Below are positions 14,001 to 26,800 of a DNA stretch of 64,000 nt, one piece after another; position 1 is the stretch's first letter, and the number at the start of each line of letters is the position of its first letter. Source of the DNA: Catajapyx aquilonaris (taxonomy: Eukaryota); contig JYFJ02000077.1 in assembly GCA_000934665.2 (NCBI GenBank), positions 124,001 to 188,000 of the forward strand, written 5' to 3'. The notes beneath the pieces were generated by a model. The model was not told the DNA's origin. It worked only from the letters and a program-made list of their open reading frames with translations, and ran no database searches. The position numbers were made by a program, and so were the translations under genes.

Positions 14001-14962
14001 TGCGGTTACCTCGAATCCTCACACGGACTAAAGAATACGAAGATTAAATTGGTGCTCACACTTACACCAACAGTGCTACACCGCACCCCTTCGATAAGAT
14101 AAACAAAAAGGCTCGTGAATATCTTTTGTGTAAACATAGCAGCACCTGCATGCTCTACAGGAGTGGGTCAAATTACTTGTAAAATTAATCAATATACAGC
14201 GGGCCTGCTCCCGCGAAATCTATAGATCCATCAAGTAAACTATATCTAAATTCTATATGAGACTACAAACATTGGCTCGCAATTATCCGTGACATTGATA
14301 TGGTCCAATAAAAAGCTACACACAAAGGACTGAGAGAGGAGTGAACTCTATTCTAAATTGGATCAGTTATCATCCATCCTTCTCCATCTCATTAGATAGC
14401 ACAATATTGGCAATCCTGTCACCAGTAGTTCAGTGACACCAAACGTTTCGTGATTGTCAACTGCGCAGGCCAGATCTCGATTCCCAATCCTGTTACTCCG
14501 CACGTCATATTTACACTCTCAGATTGTACGTCACAATAGCGACATACACTTTCCCATTTCTTGTCAGAGGTATATTAATCGTATAGTCAGAAATATCCCA
14601 CGAGGGGTGAAGGGGGAAAACAGCTGTATCCTTGAGCCAGTACGCATGAGCAACGTTGCATTTCAGAGGCAGTGGTATTTCCCACCCTGAAGTTGGTCGA
14701 AACCTTCGCGGATGAGACTACTCTCTACACTGCACCAGTCTGACGAACCAGCTCCTTTTATTCACCTGCCAACCTATTATTCCTCCTGATCTTCAGAGAG
14801 TTTGCCCCGATTCTGCACCAAACGAAAGGTATGGTCGCATGTCAATTGAATTTTCTGTATTTGTCGTTGCTGTCACGGTTTATGCTGTAGAGAGAAGGTC
14901 ACCACGATTGTGTGAGGTATGGCCCAGGAGACACCATTTTGAATCCAGCTTTCCTTTCAGGG

Positions 14963-16646
14963 ATGGAGGGAATTTGGGTTCCGGCTTCAAACGGACAGGT
15001 TCCTCCAAACGCTGTTGAAGGGGGTCGAGATGGCAGGGGTGTCATGTACATAGGAAGGGCGTACCATGGAGGTGACCTTTTACCGGGAAAAATCATTCCG
15101 AGCATGGGATTGTGTTTCGTGTGTTGGAACTGCGCTGAACACGCCAAGAGAGACTACGAGGTGAACCATAATAAGTGTTTACATTTCCCGCAATTTCAAA
15201 GCAACGTTTCTGATGGCCGTAAAAATGTATCCAGGAAATAGTATTGCGTAGTGGCAATGTATTTTGCGAGTGAAAAGTAATAAACATATGTCGTTTCCGC
15301 ACACAGGTGTTGACGTTACATCCTTCACGTGCATATGAATGGGTGGAATCATACGACGGAATGGTACCTTTCAACGCTGTGTATGGAGGGCATACGGATT
15401 ACCAAGAAACACTCTACGTAGGCCGAACTCAATTCGACAATACCCTGACACTAGGAAAGGTAAGTTCAATGTGCTTCACGCTAAAATAGAATTCATCTTA
15501 TTCGCAGAACTTGCAAAGTTGAATTGCCTAGTGTCTGAAAATGTAAAAATTAAATTTCAAAAGGTTGAAAGATCCCAGTCCTATACATGGCTAGCTGAAT
15601 GCGGGACAGAGCGTTTCTTGCCAGCTACAAACCCTTGTTTCACAATCGAAGTCCACTGGAAATGATAACTGTATAGATCTGCTGTCATAACTGGTCATAA
15701 CACTCATAAGTAACCTGAGTCTCATGCGATATGTCAGACTTAAATATCGTTCTCAAAAGTTGGTACATGTATAAAAATAACTAAGTGAAAACAAACGTTG
15801 AACACTGCTGACAGATGGACTATAAACACGAGTATCCGTTCCAGGTACACCCAAGTCACAGGGTATGCTACATCCCATTCAACGGGCGAGAGGTCAGCAG
15901 TGAAACCTACGAGGTGCTGGTATTTGCCGGGTATGCAAGTCATTTGAGTCCCATTAGTGCCATGTACCTGCTAATGGACGCACATTTTCCAGAGATCAGC
16001 AACCGAATCCCAGTGTCACCCTTGACGTCGATCAAACCATCATAGGCACTCACACAGACAGCAGTGCCTCCGAAAACGTGGACCCTGGGGAGGCTCTCAA
16101 AATCCACGACCCTGCATTGACCAACGCAGCCAAACAGTTCTTTCAGTGCATTATTTGCTACAGCATCCCGTCACCACCACCTCTGGTATCGAGGTGCTGC
16201 CGCAGCATATTGGGATGTCGCTCGTGTGTCAGGCAATGGCTCAGAGAACAGCGAAATTGTCCAAAATGTCGCTCTTCCCTGGAACCGGGAGCTTTCATGG
16301 AACTGGCAGGATCTAGTGCACTTCTCAATCTCCTGAGACAGTATGCTGGTATGTTTTCACATTTCGCATTTTCAGTTTTAGGAAAAAGGAAAAAGTGGAA
16401 TCAGCACTCGATGCATATCACTGTGCCTTTAAGATGCAATATTACTGACACGAATAACTAAGTTCAAATCGAGATTCAAGTGGTACACAGACTATAGACT
16501 ATAGAATAGAATACTGAGGAAATATAGCACACCACAAGTCCTCCTGTTTTGCCCTAAATTACAGTTACCTGTTCTACTGTATATATATAAGTTAAATTAC
16601 AGTACAAGTTTCTAAAAACTGATTCTTATTTGCAGAAGATGCATGA
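14963..16646 (+). CDS. DM9-repeat lectin-like protein fused to a C-terminal RING finger (~267 aa)
   Basis: Exons 14963-15160, 15307-15459, 15845-15930, 15993-16348, 16636-16646; all GT..AG and phase-consistent (804 nt). Starts MEGIWVPASNGQVPPNAVEGG...YIGRAYHGGDLLPGKIIPS, second repeat YEWV...AVYGG...LYVGR...GKVHPSHRVCYIPFNGRE...YEVLV, a linker, then CIIC-x12-CC-x5-CRSC-x10-CPKCR. An acceptor (ttcctttcag) lies 2 nt before the ATG, so upstream 5'UTR exons are likely. Confidence 0.85.
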
Positions 16647-18535
16647 AGAAACAACGCTCAACATTTACCTTCGTTGGATCTGGATTTTGCGACACCCAAC
16701 AATAAGCTTCCTTTAAATTATAGTCACAACTTGGTTGAACAATCGACGGTCATTCTCCTAACGATTAACCTGCCCTTTTTTATTTCGATCATAGTGTCAT
16801 GTACATTTATTAGTCTGTAAAAGAAACGGCTCTCATGAAGTAATGTAAGTAATTAATTGATAGAATATGAACAAAAAAAATGTTCAGCTATTTTTTATTG
16901 CAGAAGACAAATTGTCATAATTATAACCTAATAATGATTAAGTACTACCTTGAATCAGTACTGACATATGAAAAGTGGTGCATGAAGTATTACAGGGATA
17001 GTGTCACAATAAACAATGTATAACTTAATTCGAGTCGAGGTTAGAACAGGACTCCTGATATATTTTGAAAAATCCAATAAGCTTCAAGTCTCTGCATGCA
17101 ATTACAGTATATTGGTAGAATTCAGCAGCTGTACTGAACTTTGAGCAATGAAAAATAAAGTCATTGGTGACATAACATAGAACATACATTATTATATAAT
17201 AATTTATTCAATGAGTAAACGCTTACCTCTGGTTTTGGAGAAGTATAATGAGGGACAAATGCATGTCAACTTGCTGGGAGACTTTGACCAGTTTTACAAC
17301 ACGCTGGATTAAGCAACAGCACCATTTAAATATTGGCCCATAATCATTCTTTCATGCATTTATAGAGGGCAAATGATGGAAGCGGTAAATTGATGCAGTG
17401 AAAAAATTTTCCCTTCCAATCAAAAGCTTTTCCTAAATTTTTCACTATTTCTTTTTCTTTCTGATTATTATAATTTGTTAAAATTTCAATGGCAACTTTA
17501 CGTTTGCCGTATTCCGAAAAGATGAATGTACAGGGTGACTCTATAAGGTCTGGATACATAGGTAATTCGATTGCATTGTTGGTTTGCAGTTGTGCGAACT
17601 CCCAAGTGCCAACAGTGTGTATACTTTCGAACCCATATATGGTGATTGCCAGATGACAGGGGTGTTCCACCAGCATTCTTATGACGCTGTACTTTTAAAA
17701 AGGCACAGGAAGAGCTTCTTTCTTTTCCATTGTTACTTCATTACTTCATACGCTTACATGCCTCAGACTGCCCTCAGAGTCGCAGTTTCTTCGGCTCCTT
17801 TTTTGGTTCGGTTTGGCTTGTTGGGAAGCCGAGTTCACTAAGACTGAAGAAATGATGGCAGGACAGGTTTTTGGAGGGGGAAAGGAGACGTGAGAACTTT
17901 GCAGGAAATTCTTCCCACATTAGAAAATCCTCCGACCGGATCCGAGCATCGATCTCAGGACCTCAGGGGCCGTGTCTGCACCCTGCCCTTTTTGGTGCTT
18001 CTGGCAAGTATAGGTCTACAGCGGTCAATATTTATTCCTGTGACGAGAAGGTAAGGCGATTCCTGTATGCGATCTTCTGCATCATTTTTAGGCCGGGAGG
18101 AAGCATTTACTATACGTGCAATGGAAATAATCGTTTGATGACGTCCCACAGTGTCCAATACTACTCGTTTAGGCCATTATTATTACCGTATGATGATGAT
18201 TATCATCATCATCATCATCATTACGTAAAGGAGGCAGAATATTTTCTTTTCGTATAAGGTGCTAAGACACGAAAGGTGAAACATCAAAATAATGGGAGGA
18301 CATGTTGCATTTAAAATGTCAGAGCTTTGATGGAGGGGTTAGCAATTTCGAAAAACCGCTGCGCACTTTCATGCAGAAGCCATGAGAAACAGACCCGAAA
18401 CTAATCAGAAACCATCCCGAACCATCAAGAAACACCGTAAAAGACCTGAAACCTACCCGAAAGTTCGGTGAATGTTATACAATAAAAGGCATACAAAACA
18501 GATTGAAGGTACAAAGGAATCTTCTATATTATTAA

Positions 18536-18813
18536 CCCTGGAACCGTGACTTGCCTGAAACTCTGAAAGTTACGTCAACCGTGACGTGGGGTCTTTTCGG
18601 ACCCCCATCCATGTTTTAATTTTTATGAATTATTATTGGCTATTGACTATATACAATCATTCTTTGAACAATGCCTAAAATGATCGCTAATTCAAAATCA
18701 CATGCACTTCCTGTTATAATACTGTAGAAATGGCAAAAGTTCGGTGTAATTATCATTTTAATGCACTCTAATGCCTTTGGGGTCCTAAAAGACCCCACAT
18801 CACGGTTCCAGGG
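18536..18813. mobile_element. Non-autonomous piggyBac-like MITE (~280 bp)
   Basis: TTAA|CCCTGGAACCGTGA at the left and TCACGGTTCCAGGG at the right. The internal repeat AACCGTGAcGTGGGGTCTTTTcGGACCCC (~18577-18605) mirrors GGGGTCCtAAAAGACCCCACaTCACGGTT at the right end, giving the asymmetric TIR plus subterminal layout of piggyBac. The right TTAA is not preserved. Confidence 0.75.
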
Positions 18814-19290
18814 ATGCAGAGCCCACTTTGTAGGCCAGTAAAGGTAATTCCTATTGCTGTTTTGTTGCTTTGATTGTAGCATCCAACGAAATTTTCAGAC
18901 ATATACCACTACGTGCACCAGAAACCGCCCTGACAGCACTCGAATCTGGCATTACGTCAGCAGAAATATGGTTTCAGCCGAACTTATCCGGCACAGCTAT
19001 ATAAACAATGGTTTCAGAATACCAGCAGTGTAAGCGTTCAATGCGCATATGGCTACCCGCTTGGCGTTGATATACATTTTTCTAAGAATAAGTAGGATAT
19101 TAGTTGTACCCGCTTACGGCATCAGTGTCATGCAATGATACACGGTACGTATACTGTACTGTACACAAAAATCGTGATATGCACTAGTATTTGGTCCGTT
19201 TTCATTCAAGAGCCTATATATAGAGAGAGATTCATCGTAATATTTCAAACTTCCGTCGTTCTAAATGATTTCTAAGTTTGAGCATAATAT

Positions 19291-20542
19291 GGGTGATTCT
19301 CCAAAAACTTACCATTTTCAAAGCAAAAATTAATGATAATGAATTTCAAAACTTGTTTTAAAAATGAGGAAAAGTTCACACTTATTCTATATACGAGGTC
19401 ACAAACAAAGAAAAAATAGAGGGGCCTAACTCTCACATTCTAAAGTGGTTGAAACCTTCCAGGATTGATTTTGCAGTTAACCGCAATAATTTCATTGTAC
19501 GTTGTTCCTCATAATATTGGATCAAAAAGTGAAAGTCAGTTTTTAACTATCTGTCCCCCAAGTAGTGAAAACCTGGGCTCAAAACGAGTCGAGAACTTTC
19601 AAAAAAAATGCACTTGAAATGGCTACAGCAGGCAATAAAAGCTGCCGGAATTTTAATACGTAAGTTACTATTAATTTTTCAGACACTATAGTTGATAATA
19701 GCCAGTTTTTTGAGTCACATCATCTTGTACAAAACCGATAATTTTGGTAATATATTTATAAGTTATTATTAAATATTATTTCCAGGAGTTTGAGAGCCAG
19801 AAGAATGACCTTCAGATGCATTAGGATTAATATCACGGTTCAGAACAAAAGTTGACTCTAGAAATTTCTGTGAAGTGATGACATCTCTTCATGCCGCATG
19901 GAATCACAGTTAGCCTATTTCAAAACACTTGAGTTATTACGTGCCATAGAAAAGTGAGCCAGGAGTGTGAGCGCAAAATGTGCTACAATAGCTACATAAC
20001 TGAATTTAAAACTCCTTAATTTTTTTAACCCACTAGGAGACGTGCCTCTTACACAGCAATCTAGTTAAATCAAGCTGTCATGGAGAAGCAAATAACTGAG
20101 TAAAAAATCGATTTGTTTCACTGCAATTAAAAAAAATCCTGATGCACCAGGAGAGTAACATGAAAACTCGGGACACACTTTGGAGTGATGCAGCAAAGTC
20201 ATGTGACATGATTAAATTGTTTTTAAAATGTTGTTCTATACCTTCAAGTATGTATACAAACCGCTTGTCTAATGCTAATGATAAGACATATTGTAAGGAA
20301 AATAATATAGCATGCTTTAAAATAAAATCGGGCCATGCCAGGAGTAGTTATTTTAGGCCCTTAGACATTTTTTGCAGTAAAAAGTAATTTAATATTTTTC
20401 TTTGTTTGCATGGGGATGTCTATAGGTGTCAACTGCATCTATATACATATGTTTAAAAAATCAACTCTCTCAGTCAAGCCATTTTTGAGTTATTATGTCG
20501 GGACATAGCCTATATATATTGTAAGTTTTCGGAGAATAGCCC
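19291..20542. mobile_element. Non-autonomous TIR DNA transposon (~1.25 kb), superfamily uncertain
   Basis: Left end GGGTGATTCTCCAAAAACTTAC; right end GTAAGTTTTCGGAGAATAGCCC (reverse complement GGGCTATTCTCCGAAAACTTAC, 19/22 match). AT-rich non-coding interior. Confidence 0.65.
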
Positions 20543-21774
20543 GCATATACTACACGAGAGAACGTTCATTCCAAACAGTGACATTATATGTTAATTTTTG
20601 CCAAACTTCGATTCGAGGCTTGCTAAATAAAAAGTGCACCCTTCTTTCCTGCACGGTACTGTATACTGTACGTATAGGGGAGCTGATGCATGGGTATCTC
20701 ATTTGTCCCGCAGATTGGCAATATCAGTAACTTACTATTTTTTGCCGAACAATTTTAGACTCCGATCCCCAAACTCGCGTAAGAATCCAATCAGTCAATG
20801 CAAACCACCTGCAATGAATTTGTATACTTATATACGGCTACATACGTAACACAATTTGTATATATGAAACTCTATACCCATATAGTAGCCTACTGTATTC
20901 TCCAGTACCCCATTATTGAACGCGTTACTGCCGTATAATTTCCGACATGTCCGATGCAGGCCGTCAAAAGAGAGGTGCGCATTCTACAATAAGCAGCCAT
21001 GTAACATTCAATAATGAATACAAATTGTTGTAATGTGTTCCGGGTTCATTAGTGCTATAGATCTGCAATTCGATCTTTCTCATTATTGGAAGGTCCCCCT
21101 TTCCCACTTCTGTTAAAAGCCATCCTGATGGTCATCATGCTGGGGGGTCGGAGAAGTGTTTATTTTCACGGTGGTTGGCTGATCATTATTGACAGCAATA
21201 TGACAGGAGAAAGATGGCTTCCTCTGCTGTAGGTTTGTAAAAGGGAAGATTTCCTTTTGAGAGAGAGGATGTACAGAGAGCACACTTTGATGAGCTTCTG
21301 AACAAGAGTGAAGGAGAGTGTATAAGTTATATAGGACTATATCCAAACCTGCAAACTAATATATAGAGTAGTGATATAGTATAAAAGCAGTCGTCAATCA
21401 TTCACACCACAACTTGACCACTTGCGCCCTCCAAACTGTAAACGGTCTGCTATATTATATACTCACTATACGTATACTTACCTTGAGACCATTACGGAGT
21501 GTACCGTAATTACCAGCGTCGGCCATTACGTTACCGTATGTGATTTTGTGGCAAAAGACATCAGAAATCATGATTTGCAGAACGATCAGAGTCACATTTT
21601 GATCACAATAATTGTGTTATAAGCATTGCGTCTTTGATGCGTATATCTTCTAAGGTTCAAGTCCGTTTTCTACCGTATAATGCATCAATTATAATCACTT
21701 CCGGATATATGTATACTCGTATACTCGTATATTCTATAGAATCCGGATATTCAAGGGACAGAGTAAAATCAGTA

Positions 21775-22671
21775 TCTCTATCTCTATAAATAAGGAAGTT
21801 TGTCAGTTTGTTTGTCCCTTATAGAAATCCAGGGGAAAGCCCCTACACCGCCTTAAATTAGCATATCGGGGGTTACATTTTCCAAGGAATCTAACGCCGC
21901 ATGTTTCAGCTTCCGAAAATGAACCTAACTCCCACAACACGCATATTCCCGAATCTTCTCTCTTCTCGGGCCTTAACAATTAACTTACATAAAACTCAAA
22001 TAACAATATATCAATTCACATGCCCATGGAAATGCTCTTGTGCAACTTCAATACCTAGCAAATTAAACCATCGCGATCGCCGGTAAATTCAACGCATGCA
22101 CCAATTACGCTAATAATTGGCCACCTCACGTGAGTTCGTATCGTATGGCCATTCCGGGATTTCGTGGGATTAGAAAGTAGACTTCCAGACAAAAATAAAT
22201 ACAATAAAATAATACAGTATTTACTAATAATACTCCGTGTTGAGAAAATTTCTTCCACCATGCATCTGTACGTCAGTACGTACATTTCTAGAGTTCTTCA
22301 AAGCAAACATATGGAACGAGATGGAGGTGTGAAGTGGGGTTGGGGGGTCAAGGGGTCAAAAATGCAGGGGGAAAAAACACACGGCTGTGCAGTCTTTTCC
22401 TGGGCCAACTCCATCCGCAATCCTCTTTTTACACATCCAATCAGAATATCTGTGTCGACTACACTATAAGACAAGCAGGTAATCTATCACAGAGTGACAA
22501 ACTTTGGCTTATTGCAACTTATAAGGCCTATTTTAAGACATACCGGTATCGAGTTTCGAGTGTATACGGAAGGGAAATTTTTACAAACAAACACTTCCTA
22601 AAATAGTGTATGTGTACCCCTACCTTTACCAGCACCCCAACATACCCGGGCAACGCCGGGTAACCTGCTAG
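21775..22671 (+). mobile_element. Non-autonomous Helitron (~900 bp)
   Basis: 5' end A|TCTCTATCTCTATAAATAAGG followed by (GTTT)n-like repeats. 3' end has a GC-rich hairpin TACCCGG-gcaacg-CCGGGTA (22643-22662) a few nt before CTAG|T. Insertion between A and T without a TSD matches canonical Helitron termini. Confidence 0.8.
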
Positions 22672-23545
22672 TGTTATATAATCGAGGTCTGATATACAGG
22701 ATAACTTACTTAGCTAAATACAGTCACACAGGTCAATGGAAGTATAAGTTTATACGATGCCGGTACCAGCCTTTCGAGTCTGTTATAAACGAGAATCAGT
22801 TATAGCGAGGCTGATGTTATATCCGACGTCAACTCATTCATTATGATTTTTTAAATATAGCAAGAAATATATAGGAATCCCATATAACGTATATAAGAGA
22901 TCGTGAGTGATAATGCACAAACTTAATATCCAGATATCTCGAAATCCTTTCAATGTGACCGCTCTAATCGTTTGGAGTTTCAGGTTCTTTCAGATCTTCA
23001 CTTGTAGAGGTTTACTGTATATACAAGAACCAAGACACGCAGCTGAATATAGAAGGGCCATGAGGTGTATTGTAATGTTGAGGTAATTCCAATAATAAAT
23101 GTTCTAACTATAAGAAAACCCTCGCTATGCTCGCATTTTCCTAGGGCGCTGGCCTACAGTGCCCATCATATTTTCAATCGCTTCGGACTTATTGCCAGTG
23201 ATGATGCCAATCCTATTCAAACCCCCCACCCCCACCCGGTTCCTCCGTGCATTCACATCATATCTGTGATTCCCTATACCCTGCGACCAATCTGCAATCC
23301 CACCTTTGCATTGGCTGGGAAATATGCATTTGCCCACCTTAACATACCCATACCTTTGCAATTTTTAAAAATCCCAATTTATTATTGTATGAACATAAAT
23401 TCACAGCCTCTACCACCTCAACTCGCATGCACTCGCACACATGTATCTAAATCATATGCACACTTTCCGACCACGTTTTTCTGACTGCTCATAACTTCCC
23501 TTTATTATAAACAGCCAATGGAACTTGGCAGTGCCTGTATTAGAT

Positions 23546-23830
23546 CAGTCGTTCCCAACCTGGGGGTCGCGAAGCCTTCTCCGTGGGGGTCGAGGGTGGC
23601 CGCGATTATTTTAATAAATTAAAAAATAACTACAATTAAAAAATAATATTAGATGATCAAAAACTGGTTTCATTCTTCCCGCCACTTTCTTTTGACGTTC
23701 TCGGCCTATCCCCGGGTTCAGTGTTGAATATCGCGGCTAATCCTGCTCACCAACTCTTCCCACTGTGGATGCCAGTAAGGACCTCGTTTAAAAAACCGAA
23801 ATTATTTTACTTTGTTCGTAAACGTCCATG
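23546..23830. mobile_element. hAT-like transposon end fragment
   Basis: Starts CAGTCGTTCCCAACCTGGGGGTCGCG, a hAT-type terminus (CAGTGGTTCCCAACC consensus). No partner TIR was found, so the right boundary is uncertain. Confidence 0.45.
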
Positions 23831-26800
23831 GAATTGTTGGCACCACTGATAAACAACATCCCGACCTTGGCCAATATTCGATTCGGTTTGCCGTTTACGG
23901 CATGTTCCATTTCCCCCTCCCCTCCCCCTCCCCTGTCGTGAGGTCACCGTGAAGACGTGGGTGGAGGAAGGTGGAAGGTTGGAGGTGTCTTCGCGGGAGA
24001 GGAGATGACTGTGTCCTCGTTGACGTCCAGCAAGCGACTGTGGCGTTCTTCCACCCATTGCGCATGCTCGGAACGGGGCCAATTGGAGGCGTCGTGGTAA
24101 CAATGCGTTTATGTAATAATGAACGGGGACCAATGGGGAGGTGGCGGCAACAATACGCGGCGGCGGACCAATCAGAGGGGGCCATAGACCGCAAGGATTT
24201 TAATATTATAGAAAGACATGGAGCCGCTGGCGTGCTCAAATATACCGTATACATTTAACTTCAAATGCCCAAATGTGGTGGAGGGCACTCCCCGTATAGG
24301 ACATGCCCTCCGTCTGTTTTACCGGATAAAAGCTCATATTACTGAAAAAGGCCAGTTACTGCCGTTAGTTTTATTGTCATGCACGGACTATCAGATTCCC
24401 CGCAGTAAAATAACCTCTCGAAATAGTCAATAGAGCTCTGTTAATCTACTCGTATATATTCCTTTCCCGCCTCCACAGAAAAGTGAGTTCAGCATGAGGG
24501 ACTTTGAAACTATTGTACAAAGTGATAAGTATATAGCTAACTCCAGGTTTTGCTTCGTGTTGTGAAATCCTTTTCCCTCGTGTATATTCTGTATAACAGT
24601 ATAAAACTTTTAAAAAGAAAGTGACTCGTCCTTTAGATAAAATCCTTATTTCCTGTCGTAACTTAGCGTATGTAAACACAAATCGCAGAGATGTTCGGCA
24701 GCCGCTGGTGTTTCGCACAAATCACACTATTACCAGGTACTTCTCATGATGTTTGCCCAGGCCAGACCTTGACGCTATACGCCTTCGACTGACTATACTG
24801 ACCTCTGACACATTGATTGCATAACACGTGCAGGACTCGAACGACATCATATTCGCGTCACTTATGACGGTGCCCAGGGGGGACAGTTTTATACGCCCAA
24901 CCTCAGGATCACAGTTTTCTAACCTCCTCCTGATAATGAGTCACGATGGTGATAACCTTTCCCTCTGGCATGAAAAATAATACTTAATGGCTTCCAATAG
25001 CATGCATTATATAGAGGTTCCAACTCACGGTCAGTTCCGTCTTGAAACTGATGATATTGTGTTTGTTCCTTTCATATTGTACGAGTAGCATTGTGAATAC
25101 ATAATATACGGAAAGCGTAAAAGATTGACGTTATTGACATTGTTATTACCAAGCTGGCATTAGTCTGAACGGATGTAGGAAAGTAAACAAACTGTAAAAA
25201 CAGGTATGCAGAGAAGTGTACAGGTGCAGGTGTATGGGTACACGCATTATGCTGTCAATGCTCCTGGCAATAGTACTACGTAGGCCTATACACTGTTACA
25301 CATGCTTGCCTATATATATACAGTACGTCAGTACTCTAACTCAGCCGCAGTCCATTGATTTCAAAATCGCAGCATGCAAATAATACTGGTCTAAAAAGCC
25401 TGACTGCCAGTCAAATAAAATTTCCCAAAAGTTTAACCGTAAAAATAAATTGCCCAGCTGCCAGGTCATCCTGCCCTATTGACTTCCCGCGCGACGTGAA
25501 CGACTGGTTGCATACAAGGTCAGGATGGCCAGAATGTTCCCATCACCTGGCCTAAATCATGGCACCTGCATCACAAAGTGGCATTACAATGATGTTGACA
25601 AACAGAACATATTATTTATGACGTTATTGGAATGGCGAGGCCCCCGCCATTCCAATAACGTCATAATAATATGTTCTACCTCGGGGCTAATGTCGGCAGT
25701 ATACACACGCAGGCCTATGGCATGGAAGTATATGCTATATACTTATACCGTTGCAAATCACATGTGATGGCCTTTCCAGACGTATATAACAAGCCATTAT
25801 CTGCCGCACTTAAGGCCGCCGCCAAAGTACGGATTCTATACGGAAGATAGGCCTATAGAGCCGGTTAAATTTCCATTCCATCGACACTTATGGTCTACCC
25901 AGCTTGGGGGCCATCTCAATTTGTAGCCCATAAACATCCAGTCCTTTAAAGGCCTTAAGTTCTTCCTGATAACCTGAACAGGCTCTTCTCCGCTCTTCTC
26001 TTTCAATGTCTCACTTCTTAGAACGTTCTGCGCTCTGAGAGATTACCGAATAATTGGCTGGTTTTCAGCAGACCTGGCATGTTCCCTTATAGGCAGCTTA
26101 TAGGTGTTGTCATGATTATGGGTCACACACCGATTATGTGGCCGTCACCTGTAGTTCAACCATATGCGGCATGCTCCAGGTGTAAAGCATTTATATACAC
26201 CAGCTAGCCTATATTCAATCTGCTTATACATAGCATCTATAATGTCACTCACGTCAGCATAACAATTATGTTCATAGATCTGTATGAGAGACCTTATTGG
26301 CACTTAATATGCTGCAGGTTTCTGAATCATAATATTTTATGTGCTACTGAAGTGACTGTCATTTTATATTAATTGCTAATATTTTATTAGGAAGCGCGTG
26401 ATTCGGAGTGAGGATGACATACCACAGCGTCTTGGGAACACTATACTCAGCCCAACTCTGTCCAGATGTTAAACCACGCACCAAACTGCTCTTGCTCACA
26501 TTTGGTCAGCCATCATGCAAAAATAGCATTTTACTAGCCATATAGTATCTCATAAAAGTGCCATGTGCAACTGGCCTGAGGCTGTCCCACTTTCAGTTCT
26601 TTCTCCATCAAAGATATTAGATAAGTAAAGATAAGACCCCGCACAAAAATCCAAAAATCCTCCACCTGCCACGACACATGACAATCTGACATTACCATGC
26701 TAATCAAATCAGGTTACCTGCAAGTCGCACTTCAGAAGTTCCCCCCCTGACCTCCAACCAGACAAACCCACAAGAAAAAGCCCTCCTCAGGAGGGAGTAC

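Noticed and set aside
14646..14960. Possible N-terminal extension of the DM9-RING protein
   Set aside because: The frames I tested that splice into the DM9 exon hit stops (14741, 14787) or lack an ATG, so it is treated as 5'UTR with short uORFs.
17852..18257. Exon-like segment (ag..gtaagg) and an ORF ending in poly-His
   Set aside because: No recognisable protein in any frame. The His run comes from a (CAT)n microsatellite and no partner exons were identified.
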